A stretch of DNA of 64,000 nt from Anaerolineae bacterium (GTDB taxonomy: Bacteria; Chloroflexota; Anaerolineae; UBA1429), in contig OY776562.1 of assembly GCA_963675785.1 (NCBI GenBank), forward strand, positions 3,153,758 through 3,217,757, in the 5' to 3' direction. The translations under genes were made by a program, and so were the position numbers. Each line of letters begins with the position of its first letter. Within the stretch, counting starts at the first letter, position 1. The notes under the pieces were generated by a model. That model saw only the letters and a list, made by a program, of their open reading frames with translations. It made no database searches and was not told where the DNA came from. Of the stretch, positions 21,821-30,265 are shown one piece after another.

Positions 21821-22276
21821 ATGCGGCGTGTGCTTATTGCCATGCTTTTAATCACCTGCGTTGCCATGGGGGCAACACGTGCTCTGGCTGACGACGACAC
21901 CTCTCTTATTGCTGATATACCCTGGCATTCGGGTGAGGTCTATGCCCAGACGCTTGTGCCTGCCTTGACTCTGCAAGCATACGATGCCGCTGTATCCAGT
22001 TATCCGCTTCCGGGAGAGGGTGATGAGGCTTACCCCGAGCCCTCACCTACGCCTACGCAGAATGGGCCAATGATCCCCATTTTGTTCAAGAACTATATCT
22101 ACGAGGCGGAAGGTTATCCACTTCCGGAGGCAACGGCAGCTGTACCTACAGCCACTGCCACGCCGTCTCCTACACCTTCACCAACGCCCTCTCCTACGCC
22201 AACGGCTACACCCACATCCACTCCTACGATGACACCAACTTTGGCAGCATACCCCCCGCCAACTGCTGCGGGTTAG
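21821..22276 (+). CDS. secreted Pro/Thr-rich protein with YPxP repeats
   Basis: Signal peptide ending ALA, (PT/PS)n tail, AAGGAG SD. Confidence 0.75.
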   Translation: MRRVLIAMLLITCVAMGATRALADDDTSLIADIPWHSGEVYAQTLVPALTLQAYDAAVSSYPLPGEGDEAYPEPSPTPTQNGPMIPILFKNYIYEAEGYPLPEATAAVPTATATPSPTPSPTPSPTPTATPTSTPTMTPTLAAYPPPTAAG

Positions 22277-22343
22277 TTTGCTTGCACCGTCGCTTGACTC
22301 TCGCTAGAATCTCCGCAACTGCGATATCAAGGTGGAGGTGCCC

Positions 22344-23396
22344 ATGTTTGGTTCGTTTGGTTTTGGTCTTGCTGGTATCCCTATGCTTTCCAATTCGGTG
22401 ACGCGCTCCATTTCGGCAGAAAACCCGGATGGTTCAGTGGCGGGTGGCGCCCATGCCGAGCCTGACGAGCATTCAGCGGGTTCGTTGTTAGGGCGCGGCT
22501 GGAAGATTCGTCCTTGTATCACCTTGCCCGCCGGCTCGGTGACTACCTTGGCCGATATCGAGGGGCCGGGCGTCATTCAGCACTTGTGGATCACCGTCAA
22601 ACCTGCGGCCTATCGTTCTTGTGTGCTGCGTGTGTATTGGGATGACGAGGCAGAGCCTTCCATCGAGACTCCCCTGGGAGACTTTTTCGCCAATGTCCAT
22701 GGCATGCGCTACAACGTCAATTCGATGCCCATAACGGTCAACCCCTCTGGCGGATTCAACAGCTATTGGCCTATGCCTTTTCGTAAACATGCGCGTATCA
22801 CCATCGAAAATGCCTATTGGGAGGATATTTCGGGCTTTTTCTACCAGATCAATTATGCTTTGGGCGAGGTACCTGCGGATGCTGCCTATTTTCACGCCCA
22901 ATGGCGACGTAGCACCACCTCGCGTGGTTACCCCGAGCATGTTCTGCTAGATGGTGTGCAGGGCCAGGGTCACTATGTGGGCACGGTGATTGGTTGGAAT
23001 CAGTATTCCAACGGCTGGTGGGGTGAGGGAGAGGTCAAGTTCTATATGGATGGTGATGGCGAGTTTCCCACCATCTGTGGCACGGGCACCGAGGATTATT
23101 TTGGCGGCGCTTGGTGCTTTGATGATGAGACTTATTCTACGCCCTTCCTGGGTTATCCCCTGTGGGACAAGCCAGAAGGCGGCGTTTCTCGCCATGGCCT
23201 CTATCGCTGGCATATCATGGATCCCATCCGCTTCCAGAGTGATCTCAAGGTCACCATTCAGGCTCTTGGGTGGTGGTTGAACGGCAAGTACGAGCCGCTG
23301 GAAGATGATATTTGCTCTGTGGCCTATTGGTACCAGAGCGAACCTCACGGAGCTTTCCCCGCTTTGCCCGATCTGGCTGGGCGTTGGCCTCGTTAA
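22344..23396 (+). CDS. DUF2961 / GH172 glycoside hydrolase
   Basis: TRSISAENP, GPGVIQHLWIT, WWGEGEVKFY, GTGTEDYF. Confidence 0.9.
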   Translation: MFGSFGFGLAGIPMLSNSVTRSISAENPDGSVAGGAHAEPDEHSAGSLLGRGWKIRPCITLPAGSVTTLADIEGPGVIQHLWITVKPAAYRSCVLRVYWDDEAEPSIETPLGDFFANVHGMRYNVNSMPITVNPSGGFNSYWPMPFRKHARITIENAYWEDISGFFYQINYALGEVPADAAYFHAQWRRSTTSRGYPEHVLLDGVQGQGHYVGTVIGWNQYSNGWWGEGEVKFYMDGDGEFPTICGTGTEDYFGGAWCFDDETYSTPFLGYPLWDKPEGGVSRHGLYRWHIMDPIRFQSDLKVTIQALGWWLNGKYEPLEDDICSVAYWYQSEPHGAFPALPDLAGRWPR

Positions 23397-23427
23397 GCTC
23401 AGCGCATGGCACCATCCCTTGCCAAGT

Positions 23428-23460
23428 AAAAAGGCACGGTCTCTCGAGGCCGTGCCTTTT
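23428..23460. terminator. bidirectional terminator
   Basis: AAAAAGGCACGG..CCGTGCCTTTT between convergent genes. Confidence 0.8.
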
Positions 23461-23482
23461 GGGTGAACCGATCAAAATATGG

Positions 23483-23899
23483 CTACATTTCCTTTTGGTA
23501 TCTGCTGATCAAGTACAGGCTCAGAATATTGTAGAGCAAATAGACTCCAATTGTAACCAGGGTTACCCACAAGGGCGCTTCGATGATGATGGTGATAAAG
23601 GCAAGGCCTACGATGAACCATTGGGTAATATCGCCAGCTTGAGCTTTTGCCTTGCTGCGGATGAGGGTATTGCGCTCATCCTTGAGCTCGATTTGGTTCT
23701 GCTTTGTCAATTCGGGATTCTTTTCTTCCCAGCGCACCATGTACAACTGGGCAATACTCATTCCAAACAAGCCAGCGCCAATACCGATGAGTACCCCCGA
23801 CAAAATCTTTAATTCCTCACCACTTACGAACAAGCTGACGCCAACCAGAACCAGCCCAAGCACCAGAGTGATGATGTAAAGCGTTTTTTTGCTCGTCAT
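23483..23899 (-). CDS. 4-TM membrane protein (DERN motif), partner of the XRE regulator
   Basis: Four hydrophobic segments, KDERN..I..KA; overlaps the XRE stop codon. Confidence 0.8.
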   Translation of the reverse strand: MTSKKTLYIITLVLGLVLVGVSLFVSGEELKILSGVLIGIGAGLFGMSIAQLYMVRWEEKNPELTKQNQIELKDERNTLIRSKAKAQAGDITQWFIVGLAFITIIIEAPLWVTLVTIGVYLLYNILSLYLISRYQKEM

Positions 23900-24096
23900 T
23901 CTTCTTCCTCATAGATAAAAATCTCTTCAATGGACATATCAAAGTAGTGCGCAATCTTGAACGCCAAGAGGATTGATGGATTGTAACGTCCGTTCTCCAG
24001 GGAGCCTATGGTCTGTCGCGATACTTCCAAAGTCGCCGCTAGTTCTTCTTGCTTTAAATTATGCTTTTTTCTGATTTCTTCTAGCTTGTTCTTCAA
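23896..24096 (-). CDS. XRE/Cro helix-turn-helix regulator
   Basis: QEELAATLEVSRQTIGSLENGRYNPS; TTG start. Confidence 0.92.
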   Translation of the reverse strand: MKNKLEEIRKKHNLKQEELAATLEVSRQTIGSLENGRYNPSILLAFKIAHYFDMSIEEIFIYEEEE

Positions 24097-24118
24097 GCTG
24101 CGCTCTCTTTCTCAATTT

Positions 24119-24183
24119 ATGGAAAGCATACTTTCCATCACAATATAACGCAAGATGCAAGAAATGTCAAGCATACTTTCCAT
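24119..24183 (-). promoter_or_regulatory. promoter flanked by a palindromic operator and a repeated copy
   Basis: ATGGAAAG-CATA-CTTTCCAT (24119-24138), AAGCATACTTTCCAT again (24169-24183), TTGACA-17-TATATT between them. Confidence 0.75.
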
Positions 24184-24278
24184 TGCTCTGCGAATTCATA
24201 CTTTTGTCTGTTCAGATACTTTGCAAAGAAAAAGGCGGTGTGGACTTCCACACCGCCTGAAAACTCTACTGGTTACAC

Positions 24279-25682
24279 TTATTTAGATCGGATGATGCTC
24301 ACCATATCGGATAGAAGATCGGTTACATCAAAGCTCTCCCAATCACCACTGTCATCGCCAGCGTTGAATACTGCCATGCCTAGTACATAGGGATCACGCC
24401 GCAGTTCGTCGTCGTACCAGGAAAGCTGTTCGAGATACTGATAATCTGTCATGGCATCTTTCCAGCCGCCAAAGGATAGGTCTTCTGTAAGGACGCCGCC
24501 ATCAATGCCTGCTTCTGTAATGACCAACGGAATGACGAGGTTGGCGGGTTGGAGGTAATTATCGTACCAGATGCGATAACGCAGGGTTAGCGAACCGTAA
24601 TCAGATCCCAGAGTTAACCCTGGCACACCAGCGCCAACGCCGCTCCACATATCGGGTGCGGAATATTCGTGCAGGGCCATGATGCCGTCATAGGATTGAG
24701 CTGTCTCAACGGCGGGCAGGAACTGGCCAAAGGTAGCTGGTTCGGGAACGCCCACAGAAAAATTGCCGATGGCAACTTTGAGCCCTAGCTCGGCCATGGC
24801 GATGACGCGCTCGGATTCAAATTGCGCATACCATGCCATGTCGGACTGGCTGCTGATCACTGGCTCGTTCCAGCCCAGCCAATAATCGACGGCGGGGTGT
24901 GAGAGATAGATTCCAGCGTTCTGGGCTACAAATTCTCGTGCCCGCTCTGTGGGGTCACCCTCGTAGGATTGATCACTCTCTGCCAACCGAGCCAGAGTAA
25001 TAGTATCCGGAGAGGCTGCTTTTACGTCCGCTAGCCAGCCGATATCACCAACGGCAACAACGACACTGGGCTGGGCCTCTGTAACAAAGTCCATAATGGC
25101 AGGCGAATTGTTACGGGTGACATGGAGGCCAATCTTGCTGACGCCTGTGGGCTCATCCAGGGTGAGGGCTTCTTGCTGCATGTAATTGGCCATATCATAG
25201 GTAATCGCTACTTGCCAAACGGTGGTGGATCCCGGGGTAGAGCAGTCCATGAGAATAGTGCTCATCCCGTCGGCAATACTTATTTCAAGCTGATGACACC
25301 CGCCCTCAAGTGGGCCTTCAGTATACGTAAAGCAGACGCTGACCGATTCGTCCGGCTCAACTGCGCCAGCAAACCATTCTTGCGATAGTTCCTCATCAGT
25401 CACGTATTCCGGGGTATAACGATCCAACACATGCAGCGATGGGATAGACCAGGGGGTTGTATTGGTAACGGTTAGAATATAGTGGTGGGGCTGTCCGCGC
25501 AGCGAAGTAGCCTGTACAATGATGGCATAGTCCGTAGGGATTTCACCGATGGGGCCGGTATACAGCACCTCGGGATCGATGATCAGGGGATCATCGACTC
25601 TGGCTGAAACACTTGTTGGCGTTATTCCCATGATGATCAGAACAGCGCAAAGGCTTGTAAGGATCGTCCAGCGTCTGTGCAT
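24279..25682 (-). CDS. secreted protein with Ig-like N-domain and GH-A-like TIM barrel
   Basis: Signal peptide; WNEP, ALHEY and ITEAG motifs. Confidence 0.7.
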   Translation of the reverse strand: MHRRWTILTSLCAVLIIMGITPTSVSARVDDPLIIDPEVLYTGPIGEIPTDYAIIVQATSLRGQPHHYILTVTNTTPWSIPSLHVLDRYTPEYVTDEELSQEWFAGAVEPDESVSVCFTYTEGPLEGGCHQLEISIADGMSTILMDCSTPGSTTVWQVAITYDMANYMQQEALTLDEPTGVSKIGLHVTRNNSPAIMDFVTEAQPSVVVAVGDIGWLADVKAASPDTITLARLAESDQSYEGDPTERAREFVAQNAGIYLSHPAVDYWLGWNEPVISSQSDMAWYAQFESERVIAMAELGLKVAIGNFSVGVPEPATFGQFLPAVETAQSYDGIMALHEYSAPDMWSGVGAGVPGLTLGSDYGSLTLRYRIWYDNYLQPANLVIPLVITEAGIDGGVLTEDLSFGGWKDAMTDYQYLEQLSWYDDELRRDPYVLGMAVFNAGDDSGDWESFDVTDLLSDMVSIIRSK

Positions 25683-25783
25683 CAGTCCCTCTGCATGCCA
25701 TCGTACACTCTTTATATCAATTATACTCATAGGATACAACATATGCCAGAGGTTTTCGTAAATCCCGAATAAATGGCCGGGGG

Positions 25784-25813
25784 TTGACGTTTCTTACCCC
25801 AACTTTCTATAAT
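25784..25813 (+). promoter_or_regulatory. sigma70-type promoter of the CHAT gene
   Basis: TTGACG-18 nt-TATAAT. Confidence 0.6.
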
Positions 25814-25861
25814 GTACCATGCGCTGTTGTGCGCTCTTGGCTAGACTGGGGTGACATCCGA

Positions 25862-28555
25862 ATGGATTACTTGAGTTTTGACCTTCGACTTGGAGATTGG
25901 GATAGCAAATCAGGCCAGGGTATGGCCGAAGTACTCCAGTCCCCTGCTGGCGAAGGGCCCCGATATCCTTTCAAATTGGACGTTGATATCGATCGCATCG
26001 CCAAGGCCAATCAATATTCAACCTCGGACGCGGCCAGTTTGGGCCGACGTCTTTCTATGGAGATCTTTGCTCAGCAGAGTCAAACGCTTTGGTATGAGAG
26101 CTATCAGATTGCCCGCGAACGCGGCCGTGGTTTACGTTTGAGATTGCATATTGATTCCTGGGAACTCTCGCGGCTTCCCTGGGAATTTTTGCATGATGCG
26201 CGCCGTGGCGATTTTTTGGTGTTCGATCCCCTTGTCTCGGTGGTGCGATATCTCCGACTGTATGCGTCGCCGCCGGCTTTGCGGCAGGGGCAGCGACTCA
26301 AACTCTTGGCTGTGGCGGCATCGCCCAAAGATCAAGCCCAGCTCGATTGGCGCAAAGAGTTCTCTGTTCTCAAAGAGGCTCTTGATGGCTTGGTCAAGAC
26401 CCGAAGTGTAGATCTAGCCTTTTGTGAGGGCGCCACACGAGAGGCGTTGCATATGGCGCTGGCTGAGCACAAGCCCGATGTGGTGCATTATGTGGGCCAT
26501 GGCGCTTATTCCACCGAACGCGATTTGGGTGTGCTGCTGCTTCAAGATGAAAAGGGTGGCAGTGTGCCCGTCACTGCCCACGATGCTGCCAGATTATTCC
26601 GCCATTACGGGGTGAACCTCGTTTTCCTCAACGCCTGCGAGACGGCTCGGGGTAGTTGGGCCGGGTTAGCGCCCGCGCTCGTCCGCCGCGAGATCCCTGC
26701 TGTGCTGGCTATGCAGTGGCCGGTAGAGGATCGGGCGGCTATACGTTTTTCACGCCATTTTTATCAGGCTTTGGCTTCTGGTAGGACTATCGACGAGTGC
26801 GTCTCTGAAGGCCGCGTGGGTGCCGCCGCTGGTGGCAGCGATGCCATGGCCTGGGCCGCACCTGTGCTGTTCCTGCGCTCCGGCAGTGGTCGCCTGTGGT
26901 CTTCGGAGAATGAGGCTGTTGCTGCGGGGCAGGCAACCACCGGTTCGGCGGTCTATACGGGCCAGGATCCCTGTTTCAAAACGCACGGCCCCCTCAATGC
27001 CGCTGATACCGATGTAATGATTGATCGCCCGGAATTGCGGCGAGCGCTCAAACTCGCCCAGCAACCGTCTATTACCCAGTACGTAGCCATACTCAGTGCC
27101 CGGCAGATGGGCAAGACGACGCTGTTGTTCCGTTTGATGGAATTGCTCAAGGGGCGTTATCCTTGCGCGTTTGTGGATTTGGCAACCATGCGCGACCAAG
27201 GATCCGGCGCTTGCTTTCGTTATGTGGCTGAGCAAATCGCTACTGCCCTCAAAACCAGCCCTTGGGCCGGGAGTCGCTTGCCCAATGCTAGCCAGGTGAG
27301 TGATTCGGTGGGGCTTGTTGGCTTTCTCGCCGACTTGGCTTCGTGTGTAACCAGCGATCGCCTGATTGTGATGGTGGACGAAGTTGGGGCGCTCAATTCC
27401 GAGGCCTCGGATGCGCTTTTCAATGCACTGCGCTCAGTGTTCACACAGGGACGTGGTCCCAATCCGCGGCTGGCGCGTTACCTGTTCTACTTTGGTGGTG
27501 CTGTAGATCTCTATACGTTGACCTATGGCAGTAATTCACCGCTCAATATTTGCGAAAAAATCTATTTGAGCGAGTTTTCTCGCACGGATGTGGATCGGCT
27601 GGTGGGCGTTTTTCATCGCTTGAACGTTAGCGTGCCCGACGGAATAAGTGAGCGGATTTTTTACTATACGGCTGGCCACCCTTATCTTACTATGCGTATG
27701 TGTGCCCTGCTACATAGCTATGGCTCCAACCAGTTGAGCATTGCCCAGGTGGATACTGCTGCAGAAGAAATGATCGTGGATGACGACAACATTCACCATC
27801 TGGTGCGCGAATTGGATCGACGCCCTATGGAGCGGCGCCAGTTGGCTCGCATTGCCATGGACGGCGAGGCCGTGCCGTTTTCTCGCAATAACCCGGTGCT
27901 GGCTTCGCTAGAGATGCTAGGCGCCCTGAGCCCGGCACAACCAGCAGCGATGCGTAACAGACTTTATGAGCGGGCCGCAAAGCAATATTTGGCTCAGCAA
28001 ACGCCCGATTGGCGTAGCGGCGGTGTGCCGCTCAAGCGGCAAGAGGGCGTAAAGCAAGGCGCTCAATATGAGGTTATTGCCCGGCTCCGTTTCGATGCTG
28101 AGCAAAAGGGCGGCGATACCTGGGTAGAATACATCAGAGCGCTCTTCCGGCTGGTGCCAGCACTCTCTCTTTATACGAATGTGCGCGCTGGCAATGCGCG
28201 CTTTGCCGCGGTGCTGGCTGTCAACGCTGAGGAGACGGGCACATACTGGCAAGCTTTTGAACCTGCCATTCCCGTAGTAAGACTCGATTTGAGCAAGGGG
28301 CATTCAGAACTCAACCTGCAAGACATATTCAAAAGTGCACGTGCAAGCCGTATCAAACTTGTGGTGGTGATGCTGGTGGGCGGCGGCGAACGCACTCAGG
28401 AAATCATCGAGACCGTCTCTGGCACCAAGGATGGTCTTTCTGTAGCTGTGCTGGATGATAATAGCCTGGGCCAATTGTTGACCGAGCATGGAGATCTAGA
28501 GTTGTTGCTTAAACGGCGCATCCTTGAAGCCCGCCTTCGGTCCCTTTCGGGCTAA
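25862..28555 (+). CDS. CHAT (caspase-like) protease + AAA_35-like ATPase + degenerate REase-like C-domain
   Basis: LPWEFL, HYVGHG, LNACE, AMQW, WAAPVLF; Walker A SARQMGKTT, Walker B VMVDE, SPLNI, TAGHPYL. Confidence 0.85.
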   Translation: MDYLSFDLRLGDWDSKSGQGMAEVLQSPAGEGPRYPFKLDVDIDRIAKANQYSTSDAASLGRRLSMEIFAQQSQTLWYESYQIARERGRGLRLRLHIDSWELSRLPWEFLHDARRGDFLVFDPLVSVVRYLRLYASPPALRQGQRLKLLAVAASPKDQAQLDWRKEFSVLKEALDGLVKTRSVDLAFCEGATREALHMALAEHKPDVVHYVGHGAYSTERDLGVLLLQDEKGGSVPVTAHDAARLFRHYGVNLVFLNACETARGSWAGLAPALVRREIPAVLAMQWPVEDRAAIRFSRHFYQALASGRTIDECVSEGRVGAAAGGSDAMAWAAPVLFLRSGSGRLWSSENEAVAAGQATTGSAVYTGQDPCFKTHGPLNAADTDVMIDRPELRRALKLAQQPSITQYVAILSARQMGKTTLLFRLMELLKGRYPCAFVDLATMRDQGSGACFRYVAEQIATALKTSPWAGSRLPNASQVSDSVGLVGFLADLASCVTSDRLIVMVDEVGALNSEASDALFNALRSVFTQGRGPNPRLARYLFYFGGAVDLYTLTYGSNSPLNICEKIYLSEFSRTDVDRLVGVFHRLNVSVPDGISERIFYYTAGHPYLTMRMCALLHSYGSNQLSIAQVDTAAEEMIVDDDNIHHLVRELDRRPMERRQLARIAMDGEAVPFSRNNPVLASLEMLGALSPAQPAAMRNRLYERAAKQYLAQQTPDWRSGGVPLKRQEGVKQGAQYEVIARLRFDAEQKGGDTWVEYIRALFRLVPALSLYTNVRAGNARFAAVLAVNAEETGTYWQAFEPAIPVVRLDLSKGHSELNLQDIFKSARASRIKLVVVMLVGGGERTQEIIETVSGTKDGLSVAVLDDNSLGQLLTEHGDLELLLKRRILEARLRSLSG

Positions 28556-28586
28556 CGCAAGAAGCAAATGGCCGGCTGCAGGCAAA

Positions 28587-28615
28587 TTGACAGGTACTCC
28601 TCTCTGGGCTATACT
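28587..28615 (+). promoter_or_regulatory. tRNA promoter
   Basis: TTGACA-17 nt-TATACT. Confidence 0.8.
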
Positions 28616-28647
28616 TTTCTGGCCCTCTGGGGGTCATGGCCTCGTTT

Positions 28648-28730
28648 GGAGGGATGGCAGAGCGGTCGAATGCGGCGGTCTTGAAAACCGTTGATCGAGA
28701 GATCCGGGGGTTCGAATCCCTCTCCCTCCG
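28648..28730 (+). tRNA. tRNA-Ser(TGA)
   Basis: GGAGGGA/TCCCTCC acceptor, CT-TGA-AA loop, long variable arm, GGTTCGAATCC. Confidence 0.95.
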
Positions 28731-28753
28731 CCTTAAATCCTAAATATTTGTTG

Positions 28754-28843
28754 GGGGAGGTGCCGGAGTGGACGAACGGGGCCGCCTGCTAAGCGGTTGT
28801 AGGGGGACGACCTCTACCCAGGGTTCGAATCCCTGCCTCCCCG
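28754..28843 (+). tRNA. tRNA-Ser(GCT)
   Basis: GGGGAGG/CCTCCCC acceptor, CT-GCT-AA loop, long variable arm. Confidence 0.95.
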
Positions 28844-28918
28844 CTGTAAATGTTTGTTGTCTGCACGCGTCTTATTTTGTCTCAGAAGCGGTGCGTGCTA
28901 TAATGCTTTTCGTTGTTA

Positions 28919-28992
28919 GCGCCCGTACCTCAATTGGATAGAGGACCGGTCTACGAAACCGTCTGTTGGGCGTTCGAGCCGCCCCGGGCGCA
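28919..28992 (+). tRNA. tRNA-Arg(ACG)
   Basis: GCGCCCG/CGGGCGC acceptor, CT-ACG-AA loop, TTCGAGC T-loop. Confidence 0.92.
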
Positions 28993-29062
28993 CTGAAGCA
29001 CTACCGTATGGTAGTGCTTCTTGCTTTGGTAACGCTATGTTTCTATGGTATAGTTCACTTAT

Positions 29063-29134
29063 GCCCCCTTAGCTCAGTGGATAGAGCACTGGCCTCCGGA
29101 GCCAGGGGCAGGCGTTCGACCCGCCTAGGGGGTA
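29063..29134 (+). tRNA. tRNA-Arg(CCG)
   Basis: GCCCCCT/AGGGGGT acceptor, CTGGC-CT-CCG-GA-GCCAG anticodon arm. Confidence 0.94.
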
Positions 29135-29136
29135 CT

Positions 29137-29172
29137 AAAAAAGAGCAAGTTCATACGAACTCGCTCTTTTTT
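29137..29172. terminator. bidirectional terminator
   Basis: AAAAAAGAGC..GCTCTTTTTT between the tRNAs and the convergent operon. Confidence 0.8.
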
Positions 29173-29183
29173 GTTATCTTTAA

Positions 29184-30251
29184 CTACTGCAACGCTTGCT
29201 CGATGGCCGCGTTATCCGCCAGTACAGTGAACTCGAGCAGATATTCGCGCGATTCACCAGGCTCTAGGTATTGCAGGGTGCCCAGCTCGCGTTCGTGGGC
29301 TCTACCTTCGACATGGCAGTTCCCCGGTTCCAGGCCAGTGATATAGGTACTGGCGCCTACCATCTTCCATTGAGTGAAGAAAGGCAGCTCTGCCTGACGG
29401 TAGCGCATCATTAGGCCCATCCCTTGCCCCTGGTTCAGGTTGTGATTAGCGAGTACGAGTTTGACCATGCCGTCAGTATCAGCTTGCATATCGTGATAAA
29501 AGCATTGCTCGGCATAGCCATCTTGCGGCGCTTCGTAGGTGGCATGGGTAGCCAGTCCTGCAGCGGCGACCGCATCACGTGGTGTCACCTTGGTCGAGGG
29601 GGCAATGAGTTCAGCACCTTCTGCCAGTAGCGGGAAGCCGTAATTGCAGTGATAGAGCATCATATGGGGAACCGCAACGGTACCTTCGTTGCTCACCACA
29701 TCCCGCACAGAAAAGCGCGATTCGCCCAGGTTGGCCCAGATTCGGCGGGTGAGGGTCAGGTTTTCACCAAAGAGCACGGCCTGGCGCATCATGCCGCGCA
29801 CCCACATCTCATAGGTATCATCGCGCCAGGAACCATCAGCCCAAACTCGCTCGGCGGGCAGGGTAGAGATGCGCCCGTGCAGACCCAGCGCCTCGCCCTC
29901 ATCGACTGAAACAGCGCCAGCGGAAGTGAGTCCGCAGGTGACCAACATGCCTGCGTGAAAGGTTCTCAGCCAGCCAGTGCCGGTCGGCTCATAGTAAGTA
30001 GGATGAGCGGCACCCACGGGGGAGCGCCAGGTTAGCGGCGCCCCCTTGAATTTCACCATACCGATATCCATACCGCGGTCGAGCAGAACCTGCACCGAGA
30101 GGCCCGACCCCGTATCCAGTGTTGCTGTACGCACGTCGCGCTCTCGGCCATCGCCCAAATCACCCAGTGAAACACCGCCGAGTTGATCGATTTGGCCGGT
30201 GTAGCGCGTCAATTCCTGTCGGCTCCAATGCTTGCCGTAAAGCTCTACCAT
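29184..30251 (-). CDS. aldose 1-epimerase-like protein (DUF4432)
   Basis: LLDRGMDI, TCGL, LHGRIS, LYHCNYG, GLEPGN. Confidence 0.85.
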   Translation of the reverse strand: MVELYGKHWSRQELTRYTGQIDQLGGVSLGDLGDGRERDVRTATLDTGSGLSVQVLLDRGMDIGMVKFKGAPLTWRSPVGAAHPTYYEPTGTGWLRTFHAGMLVTCGLTSAGAVSVDEGEALGLHGRISTLPAERVWADGSWRDDTYEMWVRGMMRQAVLFGENLTLTRRIWANLGESRFSVRDVVSNEGTVAVPHMMLYHCNYGFPLLAEGAELIAPSTKVTPRDAVAAAGLATHATYEAPQDGYAEQCFYHDMQADTDGMVKLVLANHNLNQGQGMGLMMRYRQAELPFFTQWKMVGASTYITGLEPGNCHVEGRAHERELGTLQYLEPGESREYLLEFTVLADNAAIEQALQ

Positions 30252-30265
30252 GGTTTGCCTCGCTA

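Noticed and set aside
22140-22245. Repetitive ccaac/cctac DNA as a possible CRISPR or tandem array
   Set aside because: Degenerate codons of a Pro/Thr linker; no fixed repeat with unique spacers.
25862-29134. CHAT gene as part of a tRNA-anchored island or Craspase system
   Set aside because: It lies 5' of the tRNAs; no integrase, duplicated tRNA 3' end, cas gene or array seen.
28966-29346. 126-aa ORF
   Set aside because: Overlaps two tRNAs, a terminator and an opposite-strand gene.
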